From Eutreptiella sp. 'Long Island Sound 2002' (taxonomy: Eukaryota > Protista > Euglenida): a stretch of DNA of 64,000 nt. Position numbers and translations under genes: made by a program. A model generated the notes under the pieces. It saw only the letters and a list, made by a program, of their open reading frames with translations. It made no database searches and was not told where the DNA came from. The stretch's first letter is position 1. Each line of letters begins with the position of its first letter. The stretch is from assembly GCA_964036045.1 (NCBI GenBank), contig OZ038378.1:84878001-84942000 (forward strand). The letters run 5' to 3'. This document shows, one piece after another, positions 38,991 to 50,898 of this stretch.

Positions 38991-41900
38991 GTAAAATACA
39001 ATTTCCCCTAGGAACATATGATCCAAGCCCCAAACCGGACAGGCAGTAATGCCCCAAACTATGTCATTTTCCACAATCTCCTCCTGCTTTTCTTCTGCCC
39101 CCCCCCCCCCCCTCCTCCCCGTCGGTATTTATTATGCCAGACTCCGATTCACACGCCTCAGAAAACTGAGCATGGGGCAACACACAAGCATTTTGTTGAC
39201 ATTAGCACCATAAAAATGCTGAACAGCGCAGTCCAATGGCTGAGAAGTACGATCCAATGAGGTTGCTGGCATTGGGCAAGCCGGCTGTTGGACGAGGGTG
39301 GGTGGGTGGGCTGGTGGTGGCACCGTTCCCTTTGGCATGGTACCTTGTCGTTTTGTTGGCCTCTGCACCGCAGACGAAGATTGCTGATCACAACAATCTG
39401 ACACCATGTGCTCTGCAGATAATGGGGGTGTTGCACACCGCGCACGCGCCGTGCATCTGTTAGGTATTGTTGATTGCATCTACGGCCTGCGTACATTGTT
39501 TTGTCATCTTGCGGTGCGTGCAACCCCATTCACCCCCCCCCCCCCCACCCGCTTCTCAGTTATCTGGAAATGGGGGGGTTGTGTTGTTTGTGGATTGTCT
39601 GCGTCTGTTTGTGGATTGTTTTCGTCCGTTTGTCCGTTTGTTGCACATGGGGTAGGGCTGTGTTGACACGCGTGGATCACGGCTTATCTTCATATGCTCA
39701 TTAGCTCTGGCTACGGCTATGGCTGACATTGTGGCAGTTCCCAATGGGGAGTGCAGCCATGGCACAACACTGACAGGCCCAATTCATCCTTTTCAACAAC
39801 TTTGTAGGCAGCCATTCCCAGATGGCCCGTTGATATTGGAGGATGGGTGATAGTCCACTGGGACCTCTTTCGCGGTGCTCCTTCTTCCTTCTTCGAGCAA
39901 CTGGTCAATCTGTTGGATGAAATGATGATTCAAGTTTGCTTTCCCACAACAGCATGTTCATGAGTCCCTGGTGAGTGGCTTTTGAACACCAAAGGGGAAT
40001 CAAGGAGGTGGAAGAAGGGGTCCAGGACAACGAGGTATGGGTGGACAATTCACAGTAATGGAAAGAGGTTTGTTGTAGAGAACAGGTTAGATTTCATTGA
40101 GAAGATATGTGGATTGACAACCCATGATTGCGTTTTTGATTGTGAAAATTTGTGTTTTTCCACTTCTTGTTTGCACATCCTGTGTGCACCATGCCAATGG
40201 GGGAGCATTGGCGCGCCGGGCCTGTGCCGGGCATCTTTTTGGGCCCATTCCCCACCCATGACCATTTTCGACTTCCTCCCTGCTTTGCCTCACCAAACAA
40301 TCCACAAATTGAATGTTCTCGGCATCCCCGTAGTGGGGAGAAATCTGTATGGCTACATGACCACTGCCTTCTCAGAGGCCGCGTAGCGGAAAAAAAAGAA
40401 TATGGCTCCCTAAACAGACTTTTTAGGTCAACAATGCAGGAACTGCAAATTTCCACACTCAGACAGGTCCCCCAAACTGCGCGCCACAGGGTGCGCCCCA
40501 TGGGGCGCCGCAGGAGCCGCAAGCAAATCGTTCGCACATCCCCAACTCAGCGAAAGCAATGCATAAAAGCTCTTCAGACGGCCATTAGCTGTGCAGAAAC
40601 AGATTCATTGCAGAGTTGCTCAAATCTTTTTACACAGTCACTCGTTTTCGCTTTATCTTCTGCAAACCATCGATATTATCTGGTTCAACAATTTTCAAAT
40701 CATGCCGAAGCAATAGGCAGCACTTTGCAGCACTGATTCTGGCTGCTGGTGCGACAGAGGTCTGCAGCCAGAACAACTGAATCAGGATGAAGAATTCATC
40801 CTGCCCAGAAAAAATTAGAGACTCAACTGGTTCCTGCAGGTTACGGACAGCCTGTCCCAGGTGTAATTTTTGTATCAGGATTTCTCGATCCATCAGTAAC
40901 TGGTGCTTGGGGTTGCAGTCCTTGGAGCCTAACTCCATCAAGACCACAGCCAAATTATTTAACATGCCAGTTGGTTTTAAATCCAGTATTCTGCTTTCCA
41001 CAGAAGTCCGGATGCTATTCCTGGATTCACTGAGGGCACCTTCGGTGACCATTGTTCAGGCCAGTGCTGGACTCCTTTTACTCCTGCATTAAAATCTGCT
41101 AGAGACCCCATTTTTGAAAATAATTGGTTGCCTGCAGCTGATTTTGGTGCCACAGTCACCACAGCCTCCAACAGGGGTAAACTGGGCCCCAGTGATTTAG
41201 CCCTTCCCGGTGTTCATTGGCAAGGCTTCAGTTGGGAAAGGCTGCAGTACTGGGTATGACTGCAGCATGGGGCAGGGTGCACTACTTGGGGGGAACGCGA
41301 GATGCAGCACTCTACACTTCTGCATCGCTTTGTTACTACGGCACTCTTGTGCCTAACATTGAAATGTCCTGTAGTGCATGCAGGTCAGGCTGTGGTACAA
41401 GAGTTGCAAAAGGTGGGGGGCTTCTGGGTGGGTGGGTCGAAGGCTCTGGACGCCCCCCCCCCTCTTAAGGGTTTCGTGGGTTAGGGTCCCACAACACCTT
41501 CTTTCCTTATTTATGGAAGCCTTGTCAAGTTGTGTGCGGTTGCTCCTTTTCGCTTTGTCTTTTATGCAGACACCATGCAGAAATCTCTTTGTGGTTGTGG
41601 GGCATTTGTTGGTTCCTCTGATGGGGGCTAAAGGGGGAGTATCAGACGCAGTGTGCGTGCAGTGCACACGTGGTGCGTATGCCGGGGTTGTTGCGTGGAC
41701 TGTTTCAGCTAATTTCGAGGCTACGTGCGTTCGCGCCTATGCTTTTGCCCAAAACTGTACCTGACACTGCAGATGGAACTTGGGCAGTGCCGCCGCATGC
41801 ACAATAGGGATTGGTGTGCAATAATTTGTCATCTTTCAGCCTGTTGCTGCACTGGTTGCATGTGAGCTTGCCCAAAGGGGCCCTCATACCCAGCCATAAC

Positions 41901-42629
41901 TCTTCCCCCAGCAACTTCAACCAAGCGACAATATTTACATGGGCTTCAAGGTTAAACCATTTCTTGGACAAGTTGTTCAAATACCCAACGCGGTGCGCGC
42001 ACGGTGCGCATGTGGTGCATGTGCGGTGCCTGAACTCCCTCTAAAAGGGAGCACTTGAAGCGTGAGAAGGATAGCAATGGGAGAAAGTAAAGAAAAGTGT
42101 GTGCTGCCTCAACTTTCTTAAGATGACCCCAGCCAACAGAAACTAGGCAGGCAGCAGTAGTTCAAGTTCTAATGGCAGCAACACGCCGAGCTCTAGTGAC
42201 AGCAACAGCTCAGCAGCAACAGCTATCGTAGCACCCCTACTTCGGCCATTCCCAGCACAAGCAGTGGCAAGAGTTCTGCACAGAGCAATAATCCTAGTCC
42301 CGCACAGCGCAGCAGTCCTGCACAGAGCAGCAGCCAGCACCCTCAGGGAATCATGGGAGGGATCCAGCCAGCCAACACCAACAATAACAACAACAGAGCA
42401 GCAATATGATTAGAGCATTGGACAGAAAATACCAAAAAGACAAAAAAGCAGAATAATTAACCATATGAAAAAAACAGCAGAAAATGCATCTTACTTTGTT
42501 GGGATGTGAGGCCTGACCCAGAAGAGTGCCTTGGCGTCAATTTGACTTACAAAAAGTGCACTTCACAGAACTTTCAGGGGGGGGAGGTCCAAGGGGGGTT
42601 CGAAGTCGGGTGGTTGGGTCCAAAGCAGT

Positions 42630-43429
42630 GATTTTTGTGGGTTCGTGGCATGAGTGGCATGAAGAATCACGAATAATCACAAATTACCACGAATTTTATC
42701 CATTTTCAAAACCATGCATAATCACAAATGAGATTTTTCATGACTCTGAGTAATCATGAATAATTGCGAATCTAGGTTTGCTGGTTCCTTGTTTGTTCAG
42801 GCTATTCCATGTCTGATTATGAATCTGATGCACATAATGCGCCTGAGCATACGCCCACTGATGCAATTGATGCTACTGATGCAGCTGTTGCTGACACACC
42901 CAAGAATCCATACAGAAAAACCATGGTGATGTGGTGGTAACAAGAGGGCTGCAAAACAGGTGGCATAATTTCCAAATGACATGACCACCTAGGGCAAGGA
43001 CATGCTTTGTAAGTGGTGCTGGTCACTGGTGAAGTGGGAGGAAACAATGTATGCATGGTTATATGCATGGTTGTTTTTGCTGATCAGCTGGCAGCATTGG
43101 CTGCATCCCTTAAGGTTGCCCATAAGGTTAAGACATTGCACCCACGGTCTGACAAAACACTGCAGTTGATTGAAGACAGTGGCTGCAGGGCTCAAGCACT
43201 TGGATCATGTGTGGGGTGCACTTTTTCAAACAAATGGGGGTCTGGACGTGATCAAACTTCACCCTCATCACTGATTCCCAAGGGTTGTGCACTCCCCCTC
43301 CACCCAGGTTGGTGCCAAATTTCGTGCTATGCCAATTTTTGGAAAAATTAGACCACGAAAAAAACCCCGAATAATCATGAATAATCATAAATTGAGTTGG
43401 TCGCCCACCACCACAAACCCACAAAAATC
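42630..43429. repeat. MITE-like remnant: 19-bp inverted repeat with AATAATCA(C/T)GAAT subrepeats
   Basis: GATTTTTGTGGGTTCGTGG (42630-48) versus the reverse complement of 43411-29, 18/19 identical; no TSD identified. Confidence 0.4.
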
Positions 43430-43600
43430 CCTGTCAAAAGTGGGGTGGGTGGATCATCCAAAATACCCCCACTTATAAGCGCAGCCTGATGCAGGTGTAA
43501 GCACCGCCTCGCCACCCACGTGGGCTCCACGCATTGTTGCACCTCTCACAGTCACGGTACATTCTTCATGGGCACTGCTTGTTGACACTGCCGGCGCAGC

Positions 43601-44134
43601 ATGATGATCACCAGCGACAGTCTCTTCGACAAGAAGGACTTCCGAAAGCACGTCGTGCTGCATGGGGGCGTGCATGAGGCCTGTGATGCCACCAGCCTGT
43701 TCTGCCAGGTGTACACCATCCAGGGCGCCGTGCCTGCCTCACACTACCTCTCGTACAAGACCGGCACCGTTGTGCTGAAGGGCGGCTACGTCTACGTGTG
43801 CATGCTGGGGCTCGTCGGCCGCCCGTACGTGTTCCACCTGTACCTTGTGTGCGACAACAGCAACCTGCAGCGCATCAGCTGCAGCAACATGTACACTGAA
43901 CCGCGGATGACTGCGACCGGACTGCAGCTGCCGGGCCCGGTCGACCGGCGCTGGCAGTTCCTCGCGTTCGATGTCAATGCGCTGTTGGCACTGTACACGT
44001 CTGGCTTCGCGGTGTACCGCGGCCTTCGAGGGGTCGAGCTGTGCGCGAACCTGTCGGTGCGCGGGGTGTACTCGTCAGACCACCCGATGGCGTGGGAGCA
44101 CTTGCCCCGCCGGATGCGAATGCCGATCCCGAAG
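43601..44134 (+). CDS. WDR90: Exon encoding the N-terminal CFAP20-like (DUF667) domain of a WDR90/POC16 centriolar protein
   Basis: VYTIQGAVPASHYL, LKGGYVY, RISCSNMYTEPRMTATGLQLP, RWQFLAFDV, LRGVELCANLSVRGVYSSD and LPRRMRMPIPK parallel recalled WDR90 VYRIRGSVSAANYI, LTGRYLY, RVSFSNLFKEFKSTATWLQFP, RWTCLQLDL, LKSIRLCASLLVRNLYTSD and MPREMAFPVPK. Strong C/G third-position bias. AG at 43598-99, in-frame stop upstream at 43583, and GT donor at 44135 (phase 0). Confidence 0.8.
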
Positions 44135-44539
44135 GTCCGAGGCAGGCACCAAGAAGGGGGGCCTGAGGGCCACACAGGGCCTTGAGGGTGCTCATGGCAC
44201 GGCTTTGTGCATGTTGTGTGTCATGTATTTTTTTCCCCCGGTAGATGTGAGTACAAAACAAATTGTACCATTGTGTAATGTTTTTTTGGCGCTAAAGGCA
44301 AGTACAAAAAAATTCGTATTGGCGAGTACAGCAAAACCAGGTACTTGCATTTACCGCAAAAAATGTTACATGATGGTACGCTTTTTTTGTACTCGCGCTT
44401 GCCGCAAAAAAAATTCCACGCACTTACAATGAAAAAAAAATAGTGGCCAAGTGGGGCAGTCCTTAACAAGTCTTTCTTTTGTTCAGGACTGCCCTTACGG
44501 GCCGTTTTTCCACCAGCTCGATGCTGGCCATTTTTGTTC

Positions 44540-45030
44540 CCGCGTTGGGGAAAGAAGGCAGGGGTTATGTAGCCATCCTGCCCAGATTTGGGCCCCCGAG
44601 AAGGCAGGGGTTACGTCGCAATTTCTGGTTTTTCCCTGCTGCTGGACGCCGGGGACCTCCAAGAAGGCAGGGTTATGTAGCCATCCAGACATCCTACCCA
44701 AACCGGTCCTTGTCTGTCATCCCGTGCAGGGCACTGGGGACCCCCAAGAAGGCAGGGGTTATGGAGCTATCTTCCCCAGATTTGGGCCCCTGAGAAGGCA
44801 GGGTTATGTAGCCATCGAGCCATCCTACCCAAATCGGTCCCTGTGATTTTTTCCCCATGCTGGGCACTGAGGACCCCAAGAAGGCAGGGTTTATGTAGCC
44901 ATCCTGCCTAGATTTGGGCCTTTTCTGGGGTTTCCCAGGTGCTAGGCACTGAGGACCCCCAAGAAGGTAGGGGTGAAGTAGCCACCTTGCCCAGATTTGG
45001 CCCCTGGTTGATGTTTTCCCCGTGCAGGGC
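44540..45030 (+). repeat. Short degenerate repeat cluster related to the 52.7-64 kb satellite monomer
   Basis: About 7 copies of AGAAGGCAGGG(G)TTATGTAGCCATC followed by CCCAGATTTGGGCC; shares GGGTTATGTAGCCA with the distal satellite. Confidence 0.75.
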
Positions 45031-45599
45031 AAAGAGGAGTTGCGTTGTTTTGGGGGAGCACCTGACGTGGTGCGGAAATTTAGCCATGTTGCCTGACCAA
45101 GGAGCTGCAGATTAACTCCTGGCTAGGCCAAAAGAGCTATATTTTCCTCCGCTATTTGGACAAGGGTGGGAAAAATTGACAATCCACCAAGGAGGCCCCA
45201 AACTAGGGTGGTGGTTGCTCCCAAGGGGCCATCTTATGTATTTTACCTTGGGAGGTGCCGGATAGGGCAAGAAGATGGGATCTTTACACAGGTCTTGTAC
45301 CCAAGGGTTTACCGTTCTTAGGGGGCCCTTTAAGGGTCCGGGTAAACCCACCGTAAACATAGCGCAGGGTGCGCACACGGCGCAAATACTCCCCCTTTGT
45401 TGGTGGCATGGACCGTCGTGTCTGGTTGGACCGTCTCATAATTTGGGTTTGGGAACCCGTGAGCTCCATTGCTTTGAACCGCCCTTTCTTAGCGGCTTTA
45501 CAACCAAGCACCGGCCCTTGGGATTCCAAAAAGACGGCCGGTCTTGTGGTTTTCAGAGCCTGCACATCACAAACCAGCTGGTTGAACAAGGTGGTTCCT

Positions 45600-46090
45600 T
45601 TTCACATGTTCCTCTTACACCAATGCCTCCAAGTTTTGTGGGCTATGTATTGAGCATCGTTAATGCCGATCGCTTTGTGCGGGTCATTCAAGCGCCTAGT
45701 GATGATGTGGAAGGGTGATTGAGCTTCCTTGCCCTCCTACCTCACCCCCGAACACCCAAGTTCAAGGTGCATGTTCCGAGACCCACAAGAGTGTTTAGGC
45801 CCACCCGACCATGCTCAAAGGCAAGGATGCCTCCTTTGAGCGAAGCAAGGAAGGCTAATAGCCCAAGGGGCAACCATCCATGGCGCCTCGTGCCACACGT
45901 CGGAAGGTCCTCATCCATGGAGAGTGGCGCCAAGTGCTTGATGGCTACCCCAAAAATGCATCTGGCTAGCTGGAGCATGACAAGCAGTTCATCAATGAGC
46001 TGACCTTGCAGCCGGAGGCCCATTTGTACGAGGCTTATGAGCGGAACAACAGTCTTGGTTCAAAGCCCAATTCCTCTGATTCCAAGATTG
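45600..46090 (-). mobile_element. Heavily degraded LINE RT remnant
   Basis: Minus-strand motif ghosts in the expected order across frames: ELGFEPR (Q.GF.P.R), RGAMDGCPL (RG..QGCPL), PTKLGGIGV (P..GGLG). Spacings are shorter than normal and no YADD motif was found. Confidence 0.35.
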
Positions 46091-47731
46091 ACCTATTTTG
46101 CAACCGCTTGTAGTGGGTGCACACTTTTGTAGGCTTGTTGCATCCCTTATATGTCCTCTGCTCATTTGGTATAGCAAAGGTGGTGTCTATATAGGTGCTT
46201 TTATATATGCCCTTGCTTGTAGCAGTGTATAAGCTGCCCTTTTTTGGTGGAGTGTATAAGCTAGCTACCTCTCCAGCTCCTTGGTAGCTAATCTCCATCA
46301 GACATCCATATTATTACATTGGCCGAGTCCCAATTAATTCGTGGCTAGAGTACGTTGTGCTTTGTGGACTCGGCGTCCCATTGTTAAGGTCGCTATGGGG
46401 TGCCATACGGAACTAGCGATCGTACATATTGCATGTATACGGCAAAAGTGACATTATTGTGGAAGAAAATAGTACAAAATAGCACAAAAGAAATACGTGG
46501 TGTTACCGCAAAAAATATTACACGCACCGACGATGTTTTGTACCAAGGGTCCGGTTTTTTTTTATAATTACACAAATTACCGCAAAAAAAAAGACACGCG
46601 TAGACCCTTTTTTCTGTACATGACGTACATTTTTCACCTCGGCTTTGGGTTGTGGTGCGGCAACCAGGCTGTTGTGCATGTTGGCCAGAGGTGTACTTGA
46701 GGGGCCTCTAGGCAGTCTCCCGCGCTTTGGAGAAGGGGAGGTCTAGAGTACCGCCAATGTGCCCTTCCCAATGGTCCAATACTGCTTCAGCGGGACCATG
46801 TGTTGTTGTGGACTCTGTTCGCTCTCCTAATGCTTTGGGTTCCAAATGGATGCAGAATCCCTTGTCCCGCGGGCCATTTTGTTTGTTTTGGCTACGAAGT
46901 GACCTGGCAAGTAACTTCAATGGGATGTCCAATTGACCCAATTAGTTTGGGTTGGAACACAGTGCGTCATCCTGCAGACAATGAAACAACACCATGGAAT
47001 TCGCACTGCCATGGGCCCATCAGGGGTCGGCATATTGGGCTTAACGGGATCCCCCCCCCCCCCCCTGCTGGACACGCAGGCCTCTGGTGAGGGACAATTA
47101 CCACCCCTCCCCCAACCCCCCATTCCCTACACTATTATTCATTCCCACTCCACTGTGAAGTTATGTGGTTTGAGGGGTTGCAATAAGTAGCTCTGGGAGG
47201 GGTGTGTGTTAAACAGGTTGAGCCTACCAAAGGTTCCACCTTTGCCTTTGCTTTGCTCACCTGAGGTAAACCTCACCCTCCCTCCCTTCCCCCCAAACAA
47301 CCCCCGCGTCCAAACATGATGTGAGCGTCATTTCCGTCAAATTCAGCACCACGGAGTTTGGCGTTCAGTTTTCTTCGAATTCAGACATTTTGTTTTCGGT
47401 GCTGTGCGGTCCCTTTGCAAGATGGCCGAGCGTTGTCTCAAGGAAGGGGCTCAGGGCATGGTGGCATTTGTAGCAGTTGTTGGCCTCCGTTCCAGAGTAG
47501 GGCACCATGTGTTGTCGATGAACCATGCGCACTGCAGTACACACACCGCACCCTTGTCTAAACAGCTCGAGGTTTCTCTGGTTTGGTGGGGGCATGTTCC
47601 AAAAGAAAGACTCGGCGCCGGGTGTCTTCCCCAACAAAACGGGAGGAAAACCAACAGACTTGAAGGAGCAAAAATGGGGCCAGTATCAAGACGCGGTGAT
47701 CAAACGGTTCAAGGTGTTAGAGACCGAGTGA

Positions 47732-48165
47732 TGGACGTTGGTGTGTACTAATGGGTCGGTGAAGCAAGTCAGGGGATGGTGGCAGGCGGGTTATGGGGCT
47801 TGGTTTGGGGAGGCGGACAAGAGGAATGTGGGATTACCCGTCCCAGCTACAGAGAGACAGAGTGTGAGCAGGGGGGAACTATGCGGCGTCCCGCACGCCC
47901 TGCAACGTCGGCGGGCGAGGGGGAAAATGGTAGTGGTGTAGGACTCAGAGTATGTGTACAAGGGGATCATTGAGTGGTTCCCCAAATGGCATCGCCACTC
48001 CTGGAGAGTGAAGTCACGTGAGGTGGGGCACCCGGACCTGTGGGAGGCCAATTTTCAGTTGCGGCGTGATGCGGGGGCCCTGCTTAGGTTCATCTGGACC
48101 CCCTCACATATGTGGGTGGGGGGGAACGATAAGGCCGATGCGCTAGCACAGTTTGGTAGAGAGAT
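47732..48165 (+). pseudogene. RNase HI-type domain, single frame with stops at 47729-31 and 47939-41, followed by a Ser-rich tail
   Basis: WTLVCTNGS (TDGS with D>N), AGYGAWFG, QSVSRGEL, V*DSEYV, KWHRHSW...HPDLW (basic protrusion) and FIWTPSHMWVGGNDKADALA. Confidence 0.88.
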
Positions 48166-48856
48166 GCACCCCAATAATAAAAAAACGAAAAGGGGACGCC
48201 GACCGCATGCCGCGCCTGTGGCGGGATGCGGGCTTGTCGCCGATGCGCACCGATGTGTCGTCCTCAGAGTCATCAGGGGACAACTCAAGTGTGGTGAGCT
48301 CATGGGCAAGTGCAGGAGGGGAGTTGCACCCCCACGCTGACATGCCAGGGACCTCGTCATCATCAGGGGGCTCTAGCAAGGAGGGGAGTTCGGACAGTGA
48401 GGGGTCGGGGTTCAGTACATATGTGAGTGATCGGCAAAGGGAGCGCAAGAGACAACAGAGAGTGGGTGGCGAACGGCAAGACGGAGCGACAATGGACAAA
48501 ACTGTATGGTAGGCCGTACAGAGCGTAGTGTCGTTGGAAATGCGTTGGTCATGCGTCCTGCGGGGGGGGAGGGGGTTCGAACCCCGGGGAGGGTAGGGAT
48601 GCGCCGCCCGCCCCGAATCCCCACATTCGTCTGTAGACGTGTTTATCCGGAGAGGGGGCAAGCATACTTGAAAATGCATTGGAACCTTGCGTCGCAGTGT
48701 GCTCCATCGCTGCGGCTCGTGGAGGCCACGGCGCGGTCGACCATGAATAGGTTGATCATGAACGGCTGCTGCGTGGGCGGCTATACCGAGATGAAATGGA
48801 ACGGGGGGGCGAGCAGCGGGTTATTGAATGGTGGTTATGGTAACAGCTATCTAACC

Positions 48857-48932
48857 ACATTGGTAGCATAGTATACTGGAAATGCACTGGGACGTCGTGG
48901 CGGAGGCCCTTGGTTCGAACCCCAGCGAGTGG
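48857..48932 (+). tRNA. Degenerate tRNA-like cloverleaf (tRNA pseudogene or SINE head)
   Basis: D stem GCAT/ATGC 4/4; T arm CTTGG-TTCGAAC-CCCAG 4/5; 5-nt variable loop; acceptor 5/7; 17-nt anticodon arm with only 3/5 pairs (GTC at the anticodon position). Confidence 0.55.
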
Positions 48933-49227
48933 GTCATGGCGCCGTCGGGTTTTGGGCTCCCCTTTTTCATGCGGATGAGTAAACAACAATCCTGATTGCC
49001 TATAGGCACCGAGACCCTATCCATCAGGGCGGGAGGGCAGATGCACAGGATGTGCACGCACATGTGAGACACCTGAGCGCGGCTCCGCCGCGTATGGACA
49101 ATTGATGGCCGCGGCTCCGCCGCGTTTGCTGGACGTTTGAACGATGATTTCCTACCGGTGGGATACCCGGGGTGACGACCATCGTCGGATTATGGCTAAA
49201 TAGCACGAGGAATCAAGGAACTGGCCC

Positions 49228-50898
49228 ACCTCCTAAAGGCGTTTAGGATTGACAGGAGCGGGTTCGCCACGTGAAGGAGCACATGGCGGACACATGGGGG
49301 CGGCCCTGCTGCCTTGTTGCGCCTTGACTTGCCTGTGGTCAGCATTTATACTGTGCATAGATTGAAGTTGGTTGAGGGTGTGATGCCCGGGGTTGACAAC
49401 CGCTGTCAGATCAACAACACCACAGGCGCAGGGGCTTACGTGTCGCGCTGAAATCCCCCCCTTGGGACCCCTCAACCCACACCAACGGTGAACACTGAGA
49501 AACAACCGACTTACACACCAGTGGCGACCTGGAAAGTTATTTGGGCCTCTGTGGACCGCGGCCCAGAATTTCCCACCCATTCCCCCCCTTCCCCCCATTT
49601 CCCCCTATTTGTGGTGAATGGTAACAGGGGATGTTACCCCTCGTGTTGTGTGTATTCCAAATGCTCAGAATGAAACGGGGATTTCATAAATGCCCACCAT
49701 ACCCGGAAAAAAAAGGACCCATCACCCCATGCCCAGCCCAAACCCCTTTGGACCCCGTGCCCATATTGTGGGGGCTGGGGGTCCGGAACTGAACCCCCCC
49801 CCCCCCTGTGAACAACACGAGGCGTTGTTTCCCTCACTGTTTGAGCCCTGGCCTTGTTTGGATGATTCTGACGGCGATTTCTATCAAGGTATCTCAAACG
49901 GCACGTGCCATGTGCATGCGCGGCACCAGTCTTCCCAATGCTACCCCCTGTCACCCAGGGCAAAGCCTTGCACGACGTCTTTCATTGGGTATGGTTGCCC
50001 AAGGCCCCGAGCAATGCAGCGGCGGAGGCGGCCTCCGATGCCGGGGGAAGTCACGTGGAGTTTGCAGACCTTTCCACGATCAGTGGGGCCTCGTTCGTGA
50101 CTTCTGAAGCCATGCATCCCAGTTACTTCGTGGGTACATCCCCAAAAGGTATGCTGGCAGTGGTCGTCTGTGCCCCCTCCAGGCCTTTGGGGTTCAGTGG
50201 AGTCGGCTGACCATCGGTTGTACAAAGAGTTGCCTGCGGGGTATGGGTCATGGGGATGTTCCTCAGACCTCAGTATGGCCGTCAGTGATTGGGAGGGTTG
50301 TAGAGAGCGTAAGCGCCGACGATGGCTGGTCAAGTCGCAACCAGGTTGGGGGCTGCGACAGGAATTGTGGTCTGCGGTGCCAGTGGATGCCACGTTCTCC
50401 ATGGCTGAGTTTGGGCGTGCCCTATCTGTCAGTGGGAGAGTAGGTGGAGGCTGAACATCGCAGTTGATCTGGCCCGGCAGCAGGGTGTTTGAACTGGACA
50501 ACTGGCTTGCTGCAGTCTGTGATGCACCTCGCAGTTTGAGCAGAATTTGAATGATTCACGGCCCTTACCAAGCCGCGGGGCATTCGGTGGTGGCACTCCG
50601 CACTTAAGAGTATCGCCGTGTGTTGGTGCCACTACCCGCCACCAATGAAGAGCCAGAAACGTGGGCCACCACAGCGGCTTCGTGGATCTTCATGAGTGGC
50701 GAGAAGTTGATTGGACTAGTGACCGCTCTACACATGCTTTCCAAAAGCCAAATAAGATGAGTGAGTGCAATGAAGGCAAGCCTCATTGATGGATGTCTTG
50801 AATGGCAGAAATGGCAGTGGCAATGGCAACCAGTTTGCTGGACACCAGATGCACAATCCCGTAGCACACCAGCCTTTGTGGATCACCTTGCGCAGCGG
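49228..50898 (-). mobile_element. 5'-truncated LINE fragment (post-RT region and C-terminal zinc-finger motif) between TSD-like repeats
   Basis: Minus strand GLPSLHSLILFGFWKA (~50790-50745) and DDHCQHTFWGC (50136-50168, E.xxHxFWxC-like). AGCACGAGGAATCA[AGGAAC]TGGCCC at 49202-49227 versus AGCACGAGGAATCATGGCCC at 50899-50918. Confidence 0.5.

Noticed and set aside
40630-41220. Possible LINE RT N-terminal remnant (KSLGP resembling KSPGPDG)
   Set aside because: No further RT motifs in order; the single short match is within chance.
4396-41490. Scattered TTAGGG/CCCTAA hexamers as telomeric repeats
   Set aside because: Isolated single copies (e.g. ~4396, 10072, 14174, 41482), never arrays.
42143-42460. 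Ser/Gln-rich coding-like stretch
   Set aside because: Low-complexity CAG/AGC sequence with stops and frame changes; no family assignable.
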